Source: Antedon mediterranea
Taxonomy: Eukaryota > Animalia > Echinodermata
Length of the DNA stretch: 64,000 bases
NCBI RefSeq assembly: GCF_964355755.1
Contig: NC_092671.1
Location: 20,026,001-20,090,000, forward strand
Reading direction: 5' to 3'
Shown: positions 11,995 through 24,745 of the stretch, one piece after another
Position numbering within the stretch: position 1 is the stretch's first letter
Layout: each line of letters starts with the position of its first letter
Translations under genes and position numbers: made by a program
The notes under the pieces: model-generated
What the model was told of the DNA's origin: nothing
Database searches by the model: none
What the model saw: only the letters and a program-made list of their open reading frames with translations

Positions 11995-12870
11995 TAAACG
12001 AATGCATACGTACGTACGTAGCTTTTAAAGGCATCAGAGGACCAACGACCCATTTTTTGAGTTATATGTTCTGACAGCCAAAGACCCGCGGCATGTATAG
12101 CTGCCCCTATTCTGAAACTGTGACCTTTATATTAAATAAATGAAATTGCTGTCTTAAGACATGTTGATATGAATTGTGGAGTTACCGGTTTATCATCTAT
12201 GTGTTGGAACAGAGGGCCGTTGGTATGGCTGAACATGCCTAAGTACGTACGGAGATGGTGCACCGGGCAAAAACCCTGATCGTTTTGGGAAGTAATATGG
12301 ATAGTAATAGGTGGTTTTCCCGTCGAAGTTTTGGAATGGCGCAAAGTTAAATTCATCCCCTTGGGAGAAAAATTAACGTCTTCGCGCTGTAGTACCTTAG
12401 CTTCCATGCCTGTTCGGGCGGCTAACTCGCCAACTCGCATGAAACCCTGGAACGCGGTCAAGAAAAAGGCTGACAAAAGATTTCTAATTTTTAAAGACAG
12501 AACTGTTGAGTCTAGGGCTCTGATTAATTTTCTGAGAATGTCAATTGTAATCGGCAAGCGCGTGTTCCTAGATTGTGAAGAAGCATGTATACCACGAAGT
12601 GTTTTCCTGACAAGAAAAGAATCTGATGGGTCTGAGAAACTGTGAATTTTGTGGATAAAACAGATAGCCGAAACATGTAAATTTATCGTGCTTGGTGCAT
12701 ACCCTTTTTCAAATAAGAATGCGATGAAATTACAAAGGTGGGTAGGGAGAAGCGGTAGATTATTTTTACCTATGACCACCTATTGAGCAATTCCCAACTT
12801 CGAGCGTACGCTTTACGAGATGAAGTTGACAAGGACGATTTGATTAATTTACGAGCTGTCTGTGACAGGT
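11995..12870 (-). pseudogene. Tyrosine recombinase of DIRS-type element
   Basis: FQGFMRVGEL (catalytic R), LRHSKT (K), CPV, GHSFRIGAA (HxxR), GRWSSDAFKSYVR (W and catalytic Y); one stop near 12132. Confidence 0.9.
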
Positions 12871-12965
12871 CGTCCGCACGTGTAGCCAAAATATATCGTA
12901 CGGTCCTCCAATGTTAAAGGTCCTATAAATGGAAAAGAGGTGAAAAACATCTGTAAAACGCTAAA

Positions 12966-15900
12966 CTAAATATAAATAAACGTGGAGGGTACAATAGTTG
13001 GACATTTTTCTAAATGTTTTAAAGTCATCAAGGCCTTATCGATTTTTAAACGTGATAGCCAATCTGCCATGACATTTTTTACCCCTTGAATATGTTGCGC
13101 TCTGAAATTAATGTTATAGTTGAGACAGCAGAGAATTAATCGCCTGAGTAAACGGAGGAGAATACTATCTTTAGCTGTTTTCTTATTTATTATGTACACC
13201 ACTGCTATATTATCGGACTGAAATAAAATGTATTTATTTGATAGAAGGTGTCACAATTCAAGTGCTAAAACGATTGGGAACATTTCTTTCGTGGCGATCG
13301 AGTGATGTTGCAAATGAATTGGCCAACGAAACGCGAACCATTTTGAATCAAGGACTCCTGCGCATCCAATTGAGCCCGCTGCATCAGTAAATAATTGAAG
13401 GGTTGACGAAGATAACCAAATTTCTTCTAGTATCATAGATTTCCCATTAAAGTTGTTCGCAAATTCTAATCAAGTGTTTAAATCCTCTTTGGTCCCTGTA
13501 GTTAAAGTCCGAAAATCCGTAGCCAGTGGTCTTCTTGAATTTGAATGTTTCATAGTGTTACCCGCTGTTAGGTTTATTAATCGGCGTAAAAATGGACGGC
13601 CGGGAACGACCACGCAACAAGCAAAATTTAGGAGACCTAACAGAGATTGTAATTCTTTTAAGGTCACTTTCTTTCTCGAAAGAAAATAAGACAGTTTTTC
13701 CCGAATTGTTATGACCTTTTCCATAGGAAGTTTACATTCCATTGCTAAAGTATCTACTTCTATGCCGTATATGGTCAAGCATGTCCGTGGTGTAACCGTT
13801 TTGCTGTATTTGATCGGGACCTCCACTTGAGAACATAAAAACATAAAGTTGGTCAGAGAATTTAAACATGTGTCGGAATTGGCTTCCCCAATAAACCAAA
13901 TCATCTAACAAATGGGATATACCCTTGGTATGGAACTTATTTCGCATTATCCATGTTAATCCGTCAGTAAACAAACTGAAACGATTGCATGAACTGGATG
14001 CTCCCATCGGTAAACATTTGTCATAATACAATTTTTCTTCCCACGAGAACCCTAAAAGCCAGTAATCTTTAGGTGTGATCGGAATAATGCGAAAGGCCTC
14101 TTCGATATCCGTTTTAGCCATAAGACTGCCTACCCCAAACGATATTACTTGTTTGATAATTGTGTCGATGTTGTCATACTGTACTAATTTTTCATCGGTA
14201 GCTATTGTGTCGTTGACGGAATCCCCTTTTGGATAAGTCGTGAATGATTCGGAATTTACCAATAGGGTTGGTGAAATCTGTCCATAATAGGTTACTTTTC
14301 TGTCCATAATAGGGGACTTTCTGTCCATAATAGGGACTAGAGGGCGCTGTTGTTTGTCCATAATAGGTGACTTTCATAATTGGCTGTCCAAAATAGGCGA
14401 CTTTTTGTCCACAATAGGCGAGTTTATTGGAGTAGTGCGCCATCCATTGTTTTGTCCATAATAGGTGATTTTGTTGGCGTACTCGACGTACATACGTAGT
14501 TTATTTCGCGAGTAGAAGTAATACAGTAGTATTATTAGTTAATACTAATTTGCTTTCTCTTCAGACTTCGAGGCTACCTAGGCCTAGCTAGTAGGAGGCC
14601 TAGGCCTAATTAGTATAATTATTTAAGTCTCTCTAGCCTCTAGGCCTAGCCTAGGCTAATCCTGTTTTAGTTAGGCTAGGCTAGTACTACTAGGCCTACT
14701 AGCTTAGCTGGAGTCCATTTGTTATTGTCTACTAATGAAAAGTGAGCTTTTTTTTCTAGGCCTACCTTACAGCAGGGGAGGAATACAAATGACATGGGCT
14801 CATATTAGGTAGATAGGTTTCCTACTACAAACAACTAGGCCTATCCTCATTATCTGTTTTTTTATTATTTCATTTTTTTAATATGACTATTTTACAGACT
14901 AGGGCCTAGGCCTACTCGTAACTATACTGTCTAACTGCAGGTCAGGTCTGGCGGACTAGTCACTATACAGTCTTTTACTAATACCACTGCCACCACCGCC
15001 CACTACTATACTTTGAAGACTGAAATCAGCTACTACTAGCCTAGTCTACTACTAGACCTATTGGTAGTTTGTCTTCAAATCACAGACATCTAGATTGCTA
15101 GATTGACCTATTTAAATTTTTGTTTTTTTTAATTATTTTTTGAATGAATGAGTCTTATCCAGACAGTTCGGACAGTTAGTAGGTTGGCAGTATAGTAGAG
15201 CCAGAGCTATTGTTACTGTATGTTATTAATTATGTCACCTATTTAAATCTCAATTTTTCCATATTTTTTGCATGTATTAAAGATTGTGTAGTGTATCTTC
15301 TGATCAATGTTATAGTACAGTAGCATGCACATTAACTAGGGTAAGTAACAGATAGGCCCAACCTACAATTGAAGAATAATACTTTACATACAACCCACTA
15401 GGCCTACATCTTTTAGGACATTTTTCAATATGACCAAGATACTGTAAAATCCCAAGAAGCAGCCTATTTAGAAAAAGTATTTGTATGCAAAAGTAATCTT
15501 CGGAAAAGAAGGATACAATTTAGTCAAACATTTTCAGAGAGACAAACTGAATTTTATCAGTACCGTAGTAGAAAAACTGACAATACATGAAAATTAATTT
15601 TTAACATTCTGATTTGAAATATTCTATTCATTTGAATTGCTAAGAAATTAAAAGTAGATATTTTTTTTTCATTCATTATAAACATTACAATCACAGTACA
15701 AAGAATAGATAAATCCACTAACAAATTCATGCAGAAAATATTTCAAAATTTAATTGAATGTTATATTATTAAAGCATTCATAATTCAATAAAGGATTTGT
15801 CTTTAAAACATTTAATATCAGTTTTCATATAGTGAGTATGGTAATAATTGACTCTAACAACTGGTATAAACTTAAATTTAGTAAAACAATCCTACATATC

Positions 15901-17650
15901 TTTTTTTAAATGCAATAAAATATTTAAACATAACTGTTTCCCACCATACTGTTTCCCACCATACAACATGAAAATTTGTCTCAGCATTACTAAGATTGAA
16001 GTTACTTGCATTATAAAATACTTAAACATTATTATAGTATTTAAATGCTTCCTTTTTTTTTATTATAGGCATACGGATGTTTGATATTCTGCTCATATAC
16101 AGTATGCTGCTGAAATGAAAAAGTACATCACTTCAACATATTATTTTTTATCATAATCATCGATCAATAATTATAGTAATAAACATAATAATTATGGTGC
16201 ATTTTATTTATCCTTGCTATTTTTTAAATTGTAGTTTAACCATGTTTTTACACTTTTAAAATTAATATAATTCAGTATTTTTTAAATGTGATTTAGATTT
16301 TGAATAAACTGTTCTGAATACAGAACAAAGGTGTTGCTTGTACACTGCGTGTATGTAAACTTGCTTTATTGTCGTATTTCTTATTATTAAACATTAAAAT
16401 TGATTCATTTAATTAAACAATATAATAAATGGATGAGATGTGCTGCTGTTGATACACTTTAGACTGGGATGGTTTGTCATTGAGCTATGTGGATCCAGAA
16501 GGGGAGGACCTAAAATGACGAAATGAAGTGCTGAACTGTGATGTCTTTTTCAATATTAAATTGATTTTTATTATTACTGTTAACAAAACAAAATAAGTCC
16601 AAAGAAAAAAAAATACAACAATTACATTGAAACACCAATGCATTTATAAAAATAACAGTTTACATTTTCATTATCTTAAAAAAATAAAACTTTATCAATA
16701 TTATTATTAGAGTATTATGGGGTATTTTTTATTTTTGTAAAAGAACGTGTGGATTTGGTGATTTATTTAAACTTGCAATAGTATGGTAAGTTGCGTAATG
16801 TCTGTCCGTACTATCAAACCTAAAATGAAGTTCAAATTAAATTATTTGTTGCTGAATAAATTTCACATTTCAATATTATTAGTGGACAATAACAAATGGA
16901 CTAGGCCTAGGCTAGTAGTACTAGTAGGCCTATAGAGGTAGCCTAACTAACAGGACTAGCCTAGCTAGGCCTAGCCTAGGCTAGAAAGACTTAAATATTT
17001 ATATACTAATTAGGCCTCCTAGGTAGCCTCGAAGTCTGAACAGAAAGCAAATTAGTATTACTTCTACTCGCGAAATAAACTACGTATGTACGAGTACGCC
17101 AAAAAAATCACCTATTATGGACAACACAATGGATTGCGCACTACTCCAATAAACTCGCCTATTGTGGACAAAAAGTCACCTATTTTGGACAGCCAATTAT
17201 GAAAGTCACCTATTATGGACAAACAACAGCGCCCTCTAGTCCCTATTATGGACAGAAAGTAACCTATTATGGACAGAAAAGTTACCTATTATGGACAGAT
17301 TTCACCAACCCCGCTCGAATTTACCTGGTTCAGATTTCGGATTAACCCCTAACGGAGAGATTCTAAAGTTTTTAAAAGGTGGAGATGAGAACGGACCTGC
17401 GATCCTCCCTAAGAGTACTCCCTTTTCTATAAACCCATTTACAGCCTTTACGTATGTAAAGCAGCTCCTATGGGTTTTGGCTTTCATCGGCTTATAAGGT
17501 GGAGTTATAGACCCCAAAGTAAAACCAGGGAAGAGTTAAATTAATTAATTTAACTCTTCCCTGGTAAAACCCTGCTTAAAACCCGCTAAAATGGATGTAA
17601 ACATATCTTGTGGGGAACCTGTTAAGTATGACTCTAGATTAGTGCGTTTA
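12966..17650 (-). pseudogene. Reverse transcriptase / RNase H of DIRS-type element, split by insertion 14261-17316
   Basis: ISPLGVNPKSEPGKF|RIIHDLS, MAKTDIEEAFRIIP, LPMGASSS, HLLDD, LQSLLGLLNF, FTDAAG, KEMFPI, HIQGVKNVMADWLSR. Confidence 0.88.
14261..17316. mobile_element. Non-autonomous Mutator-like (MULE) foldback element with 9-bp TSD
   Basis: TSD GAATTTACC at 14252-14260 and 17317-17325; ~400-bp TIRs (GGGTTGGTGAAATCTGTCCATAATAGG...) with TGTCCATAATAGG subrepeats; AT-rich non-coding core. Confidence 0.88.
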
Positions 17651-18579
17651 ATTGGGGTTGGTAGACATAAAGGATGGTGACTGCCTAGTTTTGTTAATTT
17701 TTTGACAACGGGATTTTGGGTGGTTCCCCTTACAGAGTTCGCATGCATGTTTGAGACTTGAGAGTGCATGGTTTCTTCCTGCAATCTTTTCCGTCGTTCC
17801 AGTTCCAACATGTGCCTCGTTGTCGGGCATTCCGCTACTGGACCTGACGTATATAAATCTAAAATGTTGGCGATATATTTGAGCATTGACTTACTTGCCT
17901 CCTTATTCTTCTCAATAAAATCGCTATATAAATGTGCATAGCTTTTAACCAATCCAGGAAATCCAGTGGTTGTTGTGGGGTTGACTCATCGTGAAGATGT
18001 ATGTTACCACCATTACCCACTGACATGCCTGTTACCGTGGGTTGTTCCTTGTAACTGGGAAGAAGCGAACGTAGTTCAATGAACGTATCGTTCCATATTT
18101 TTCACCGTATGGCGGCACTGACCCCTGCCCCGAGGGGTATAGATTCTGACAAGGTAATGTCGGGTTGAGCCAAAAGCTCCTCACCTGGAAGTTGGTGCGT
18201 TGGGTCGTTTACCGGAGAAACCTCATCGAGAATTGTATCTGTTTGGCTGTCCGACGGCTCGGTTTGTTTCTCTGCTTGTTGTAGAGCGTGTAGTTCCCGT
18301 GCCAGGTTTCCGTAGTCTATCGCCTCCGAGACTGATTGTTTCTTCTTTTGAGCGTTTTTTCCTGTTTTGGATTTGTTTGATGGCGTTTTGGCATACTGGT
18401 TTTGGATGGCTACTGGACTTCTATAGTCCGACATAAAAAGAAAGACATTTTATATTAAATCAAATGGTTTAAATAAACTCCATTTGACATGTCACCATAA
18501 ACATACTACCGAAACTTTATGAAAAAGTTTGCTACACAAAGGCCGACACCGTGGTATACCAACGAGGAACCAATGGTCA

Positions 18580-19490
18580 TTCATTTTATTATGTTTTGAT
18601 GTATGAGAAATAAAAAATATAGGTAAATGATCAGTAATGAATAAGTTAGCTGAATATATACAATTTAAAAAATCTGATGTTAGTGTATGGTAACTGAATT
18701 TAAGCAAATCAATATTAAAATCTCTACAAGCATAAACACTTTATTTTCCTGTGTTGACTGCTTCAAATAATAGTGATATTTTTTCATTAAAAGTTGTTAT
18801 GGATTTTTCTGGTGGTCGGTATATTACTGAAAAAATATAATTTTTTGGTTTTAATTCTATTTCAATGCAGATATTTTCAGCTTCATTATTAATTAAAGAA
18901 CTCAAATCATCTCTCATTCTTAAATTAATGTCTTCCATAATATAAATACAGATGCTACCACCTTTCTTATCTACTCTATCACAATTAATTAATTTATAAC
19001 CAGGAATGTTATATAAAATATGTACAGTATTTGAACGAAACCAGGTCTCAGTGAAACATAATATATTAAATTTATGATTAGAGTTTCAAGATATTCAGTT
19101 ATTTTATGTATTTTTTTTTACCAGGCTACGTGAATTAAATATAAAATAATAAATAAAACTAACATTTTAATCAATATTTTCAATGGAACTATTAAAGTTA
19201 TCGCTGAGATGATATCTACATGTAGAAGGAATGGATATATTTACGTCAAAAGGTTTAATACTTAATGAATTTAAATGGTCAAACTCAACAAATTGGTTTA
19301 CGTGAAATTGAACTCATCATCATTGAGTATATGATTAAACGGAAATAGAGAAATATTACATGGCGTACAGTACCATTCTGGATCTATGGAAGAACATTAG
19401 GCATGTGCGTACCCGTTACATAATGCACATCTGTTTGGATATGAATATCGCCACTCATTAAGGCGTCTCTCATACAATACAAATCATATT
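18580..19490 (-). mobile_element. CR1/L2-type LINE fragment: PHD-like finger plus APE endonuclease
   Basis: EWYCTPCNISLFPFN, IICFTETWF, GGSICIYI, VIYRPP, DFNIDLL, TDHLPIF motifs with stops and frameshifts. Confidence 0.8.
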
Positions 19491-19849
19491 AATAAGCAAT
19501 TGTTATTCAAAAGAAAATATAATGTTTGTTTTGTTTCAAGGGACATAACATATTCATAAAGGTATAGTGCCATGTACAACAATTAATATAGGCCTATATG
19601 AGAGGACACTTTAGTGTTTTTAGTGTAACGAGGCACTTTAATGTTCTCACATTATACCAATATTATAATAAATTCCACTGGCTTCCAATTAAACAACGAA
19701 TTATATTCAAACTAATGTTAATTAGATATTAAATCACTTCATGGCAAATCTCCACCATATATTTTTACCATAATTATACGTAGATTTTCAATCTGTAAAA
19801 GATCTCTTTGGTCGACCAGTACATAATATGTACTTTCTGTTCCACTTAG

Positions 19850-19985
19850 TCTCCTGACGACCTATGATGATGATCGAGCTTTTGTAGGCGCAGCTCCTAA
19901 ACAGTGGAACGATCTTCCTAAGCCACTTCATAATGCACCTTCTATTGCATTTTTTTCAAACTTCTTTTAAAAACCTATCTTAGGC
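19850..19985 (+). mobile_element. L2-type LINE ORF2 C-terminal fragment
   Basis: DRAFVGAAPKQWNDLP...LKTYL. Confidence 0.65.
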
Positions 19986-20009
19986 CTATATATTCTTTAT
20001 AATTTCAAT

Positions 20010-23000
20010 TAGGCTAGTCAATCTAGCAAAAAAAACAGGCCAAAGGGAAACAAATTGCAAACAGAGATTTTTCTTTTTTAAATGGTCATATATGATGAGG
20101 AGATCAAAATTTGAGCATCACACATCTGTCACTCATCCCGATGATATGCAAATTAGCTTAAATATGCAAATTAGGGTGAAATTACAGGGTTACCATATCT
20201 CAAAAACTACTAGTCCGAGAGAGTTGATTTTTTCACTGATCTATTCAAAATGTATATATTTATATTTACTCTTATGAAACATTTTACGAAAAAATGACCG
20301 GAAGTACAACATTTGACCTTCGACCCCATTTCTCAATGTTTGCATATACAATGTGACTAAAATGTCTGTAGAGACTTTATTTTGCCCTCAAATGACCCAG
20401 ACATAGGTTCCTAATAGCCAGCATAGGATCACTTTGTAATTCCCAAAATCACATATTTGTCACACACCTCGAAAGTATGCAAATTAGTAGTACAATTTAA
20501 ATAAAATATGCAAATAAGGGGAAAAAATTACAGTTGTCCTGTATCTCGAAAACCACTAATGCTAGAGAGCTGATTTTTTACAGCCGTATTCAGATTATAC
20601 ATATTTCTATTTGCTCCAATGAAATATTTTACAAAAAATTGACCGGAAGTATGACATTTGACCCTCGACCCCATTTCTCAATATTGCATATATAAATGAA
20701 ACTAAAATGTCTGTAGAGACTTTGTTTTGCCCTCAAATGACTCCGATACAGGTTTCTAATAGCCAACATAGGACTGTTTAGTAGATCTCAAAATCACACC
20801 TGTATCACTCACCTCCAAAGTATGCAAATTATTAGTACAAGTTACATGAAATATGCAAATTAGAGGGTGAAATTAAAGGTTCCTATATATCGAAAACCAC
20901 TAAGACTAGAGAGTTGATTTTTTCAATAACTTGTTCAGAATGTACATATTTATATTTACTCTAATGAAACATTTTACGAAAAAATGACCGGAAATACAAC
21001 AATTGACCCCAGTTATCAATGTTTGCATACATAATGCGACTAAAATGTCTGTAGAGACTTTGTTTTGGACTCAAATAACTCGGATACATGTTTCCTATAG
21101 TCAGCATAGGACCGCTTTGTAATTCCCAAAATCACGCCTTCGTTTTGGCATGGTTGGAATTCTCTTTTTTCGTATTAGTTTATGTACAGCGCTTAGAGGT
21201 TTCACAACATTAGGCGCTATATAAATCCAGGATATTATTATTATTATTTCTCAATATTTGCATATAATGGAACTAAAATGTATGTACAGACTTTGTTTTG
21301 GCCTCAAATGACTCGGATACAGGTTTTATATAGCCAGTATAAGTCAAGCACCTCAAAAGTATGCAAATTAGTAGTACAAGCTATATGAAATATGCAAATT
21401 ACAGTGAATTGCCTTATGTATCTCGAAAACGCTAATGACCGAGAGAGAGAGAGATATGACAACTTTCTTGTACTACTGATTTACATACTTTCAAGCGAAG
21501 TAACCGAGGTGTGATTTTGAGAATTACTAAACAGTTCTATGCTGGCTATAGAAAACCTGTATCTGGGTCATTATTGAAAAAAAAAATTATCGAAAGTATG
21601 ACATTTGACCATCGAACCTATTTCTCAATATTTGCATATAATGCAACTAAAATGTATGTACAGACTTTGTTTTGGCCTCAAATGACTTGGATACAGGTTT
21701 TATATAGCCAGTATAGGATCGTTTAGTAATTCCAAAAGTCAAGCAACTCGAAAGTATGCAAATTATTAGTACAAGTTATATGAAATATGCAAATTACAGC
21801 CTTATGTATCTCGAAAAACGCTAATGACCGATAGAGATATGGCAACTTTCACCTCTTGTACTACTAAGTTGCATATTTTCTAGGGAAGTAACAAAGGTGT
21901 GATTTTGAGAATTACTAACAGTTCTATGCTGGCTATAGAAAACCTGTATCTGAGTCATTTGAGGCCAAAACAGTCTGTACAGATATTTTAGTTGAATTAT
22001 ATGAAAATATTGTGAAATAGGGTCAAGGGTCAAATGTCATAATTCAATCAAGACAATTTTTGCGTAAAATGTTTCATTACAGCGAATATAAATATGTACA
22101 TTCTGAATCAACTCTGAATTCAAATCAACTCTCTAGCATTAATGGTTTTCGAGATATGGGAAGACTGTAATTTAATTTGCATACTTTCAAGGTATGTGAC
22201 AAAGATGTGATTTTGGGAATTACAAAGAGGTCCTATGCTGACCATAGGAAAACTGTATCCGAGTCATTTGAGTCCAAAAAAATTATCAAGGGTCAATTGT
22301 TGTATTTCCGGTCATTTTTTCGTAAAATATTTCATTAGAGCAAATATAAATATGTACATTCTGAACAAGTTTTTGAAAAAATCAACTCTCTACCTTAGCG
22401 GTTTTCGATACATATAGGAACCTGTAATTTCACCCCTAATTTGCATATTTCATGTAACTTGTACTAATAATTTGCATACTTTGAAGGTGAGTGATACAGA
22501 TGTGATTTTGAGATTTACTAAACATTCCTATGTTGGCTATTAGAAACCTGTATCCGAGTCATTTGAGGGCAAAACAAAGTCTCTACAGACATTTTAGATT
22601 TCATTATATATGCAATATTGAGAAATGGGGTCGAGGGTCAAATGTCGTAGTTCCGGGGATTTGTTTGTAAAATGTCTCATTACAGCAAATATAAATATAT
22701 ACATTTTAAATATTTTTTGTGACAAAATCAACACTCTAGCATTAGCGGTTCTCAAGATATGGCAACGCTGTAATCTCACTCCCTAATTTGCATATTTAAT
22801 ATTACTTGTACTACTAATTTGCATACTTTCGAGGTGCGTGACGAAGTTGTGATTTTAGGAATTATAATACAGTTCTATGGTGGGTATTGAAAAACAATAT
22901 CCAAGTCATTGGGTCAAAAATAAAGTCTCTACAGACATTTTAATCACATATTTATGTAAATGTTGAGAAATGGGGTCAAGAGTCAAAATTTGGTACTTCC

Positions 23001-23280
23001 GGACATTTTTATGTAAAATGTCTCATAAGAGCAAATATAAATATATATATTCTGAACCAGACTGTGCAAAAATGAACTGTCTACGATTAGTAGTTTTTAA
23101 GATATGGTAACACTGTAATTTCACCCTAATTTGCATATTTAAGCTAATTTGCATACCTTCGGGATGAGTGTCAGAGGTGTGATGCTCAAAAAATAATCAC
23201 CTTATCATATGTAACTATTTAGAAAAAAAAAATCTCTGTTTGCAATTTGTTTCACTCAAAATGCTAGATTGACTAGCCTA
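20010..23280. mobile_element. Palindromic non-autonomous DNA transposon, Academ-like (TAG...CTA termini, 3-bp TSD)
   Basis: TAGGCTAGTCAATCTAGCA / TGCTAGATTGACTAGCCTA; AAT on both flanks; each arm built of ~340-bp subrepeats in opposite orientation. Confidence 0.8.
21144..21247 (+). mobile_element. L2-derived SINE/LINE 3' tail nested in the palindromic element
   Basis: CAGCGCTTAGAGGTTTCACAACATTAGGCGCTATATAAAT followed by (TTA)n; a near-identical tail occurs at ~42555-42600. Confidence 0.6.
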
Positions 23281-24745
23281 AATCTGTTTTTCTCACTTCT
23301 TTAATTTAATTTTAAGCGGTTTGGAAAAATCAACATTTATTAACCCCTATTAATAGGACAATTTTTTTGGGGGTCCAGAAGGTCCTTTGTTGGAATTCTA
23401 CTTTGAAACAAATAAACAATAATACAATTGATGGATTTATTATCTATTTTATTGACAATATGTTTCGCTTTTCAGTTTACAATGACATAAACTATTTTTA
23501 TATACCGTAAAAGATTGAACAAGCTTTCAAAGTGCTTATAAAGGCTTATTCTATCAGGTACGGTATTCCAATTACTGTATGTATTTACATTGCACATTAC
23601 CCATTATCAAAACGTATTTCATACGCATTCATTTTCAAAGAACTTTCCCAATGTTCCATTGGACCACAATATTGTTTTCAAAACATAAACTAACTTGACA
23701 TACACAACATACGGTCTTACGACACAGTTTCTCATACGATCGACATTACAAAACAATAAAAAATAAAAAACTAACTACCAGTATACACCTTACTTACACA
23801 TAGGCTTAATAATGACATTTGAAATATATCTAATAATTTGTACAAACAGTGATAATACGTATTTCATGAACAACTTTACCAATCATTTGACCCATTAGTA
23901 ACACAGATTTTAGATATGTCCCCTGGAAAATAATTGTTCACTATGAACACAAAAATAGATGAAAAACATTTTTACCTGAAAACCTTAATTGGAAGGGAAA
24001 ATAGTTTTTAGAAGGAAAATTAATTTTGCATTTTTTATAAGTGAAGTCATTGCCTCTATGACATATATTCCTTGATTTATTTTGATTTGATATTAGGTTT
24101 ATTAGATATTACTTAATTTACATTCTCTAATAAAGGAGTGAAGATTAAATCTTAATGTTAATATATTATTATACTATTATCTCTGCTTATGCCAGGGCAA
24201 ATATTTACTTAAATCACATACATATAATTACAAACAAAAAAAAACAATTATAATAGGTACAACAATACACCAAATGAAATTCTAATAACAGTATAGGCCT
24301 ACGCTCTTGCAATAATAGCTATCAATTTAGTGATATTAGTGGAAATTAATTTATTTATTAGCGCTTAAGATGAGGAAATATGTGAGAATTAGTCGTTCTT
24401 GTGGAATGTTCTGCTTGATATACGGACATACTACATTAGACCACTTGGGATCGAGCCTTTGACACTCTCTCGACATGGCATATGCACGTGTAATGGAGAA
24501 GTTCGAGAAGCCACGCTCTGATCAGAGTTGCTTTGACGACGACGACGACGACGATGCAATAGCGTACAACAGTCCCTTTTTTAGAAACTAGTATACAAAA
24601 TAGCATCGTACTCTTCAAATAAAAACGCAAATACTGAAGCAATTCGTTACTCAGTATTAACATCCTAATGAAAATGAGTAACAAAGTCCATGGAAATAGA
24701 CTACCGCTTTAACTATATTCCTAAGAAACTTAGGCCTATAAGTGT

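Larger units (their letters stand above)
11990..18440 (-). mobile_element. DIRS/Ngaro-type tyrosine-recombinase retrotransposon (decayed, interrupted)
   Basis: Order gag-like (18434-~17650), RT/RNase H (~17650-17317 and 14260-12966), YR (~12870-11995); frameshifts and stops; termini not resolved. Confidence 0.88.
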
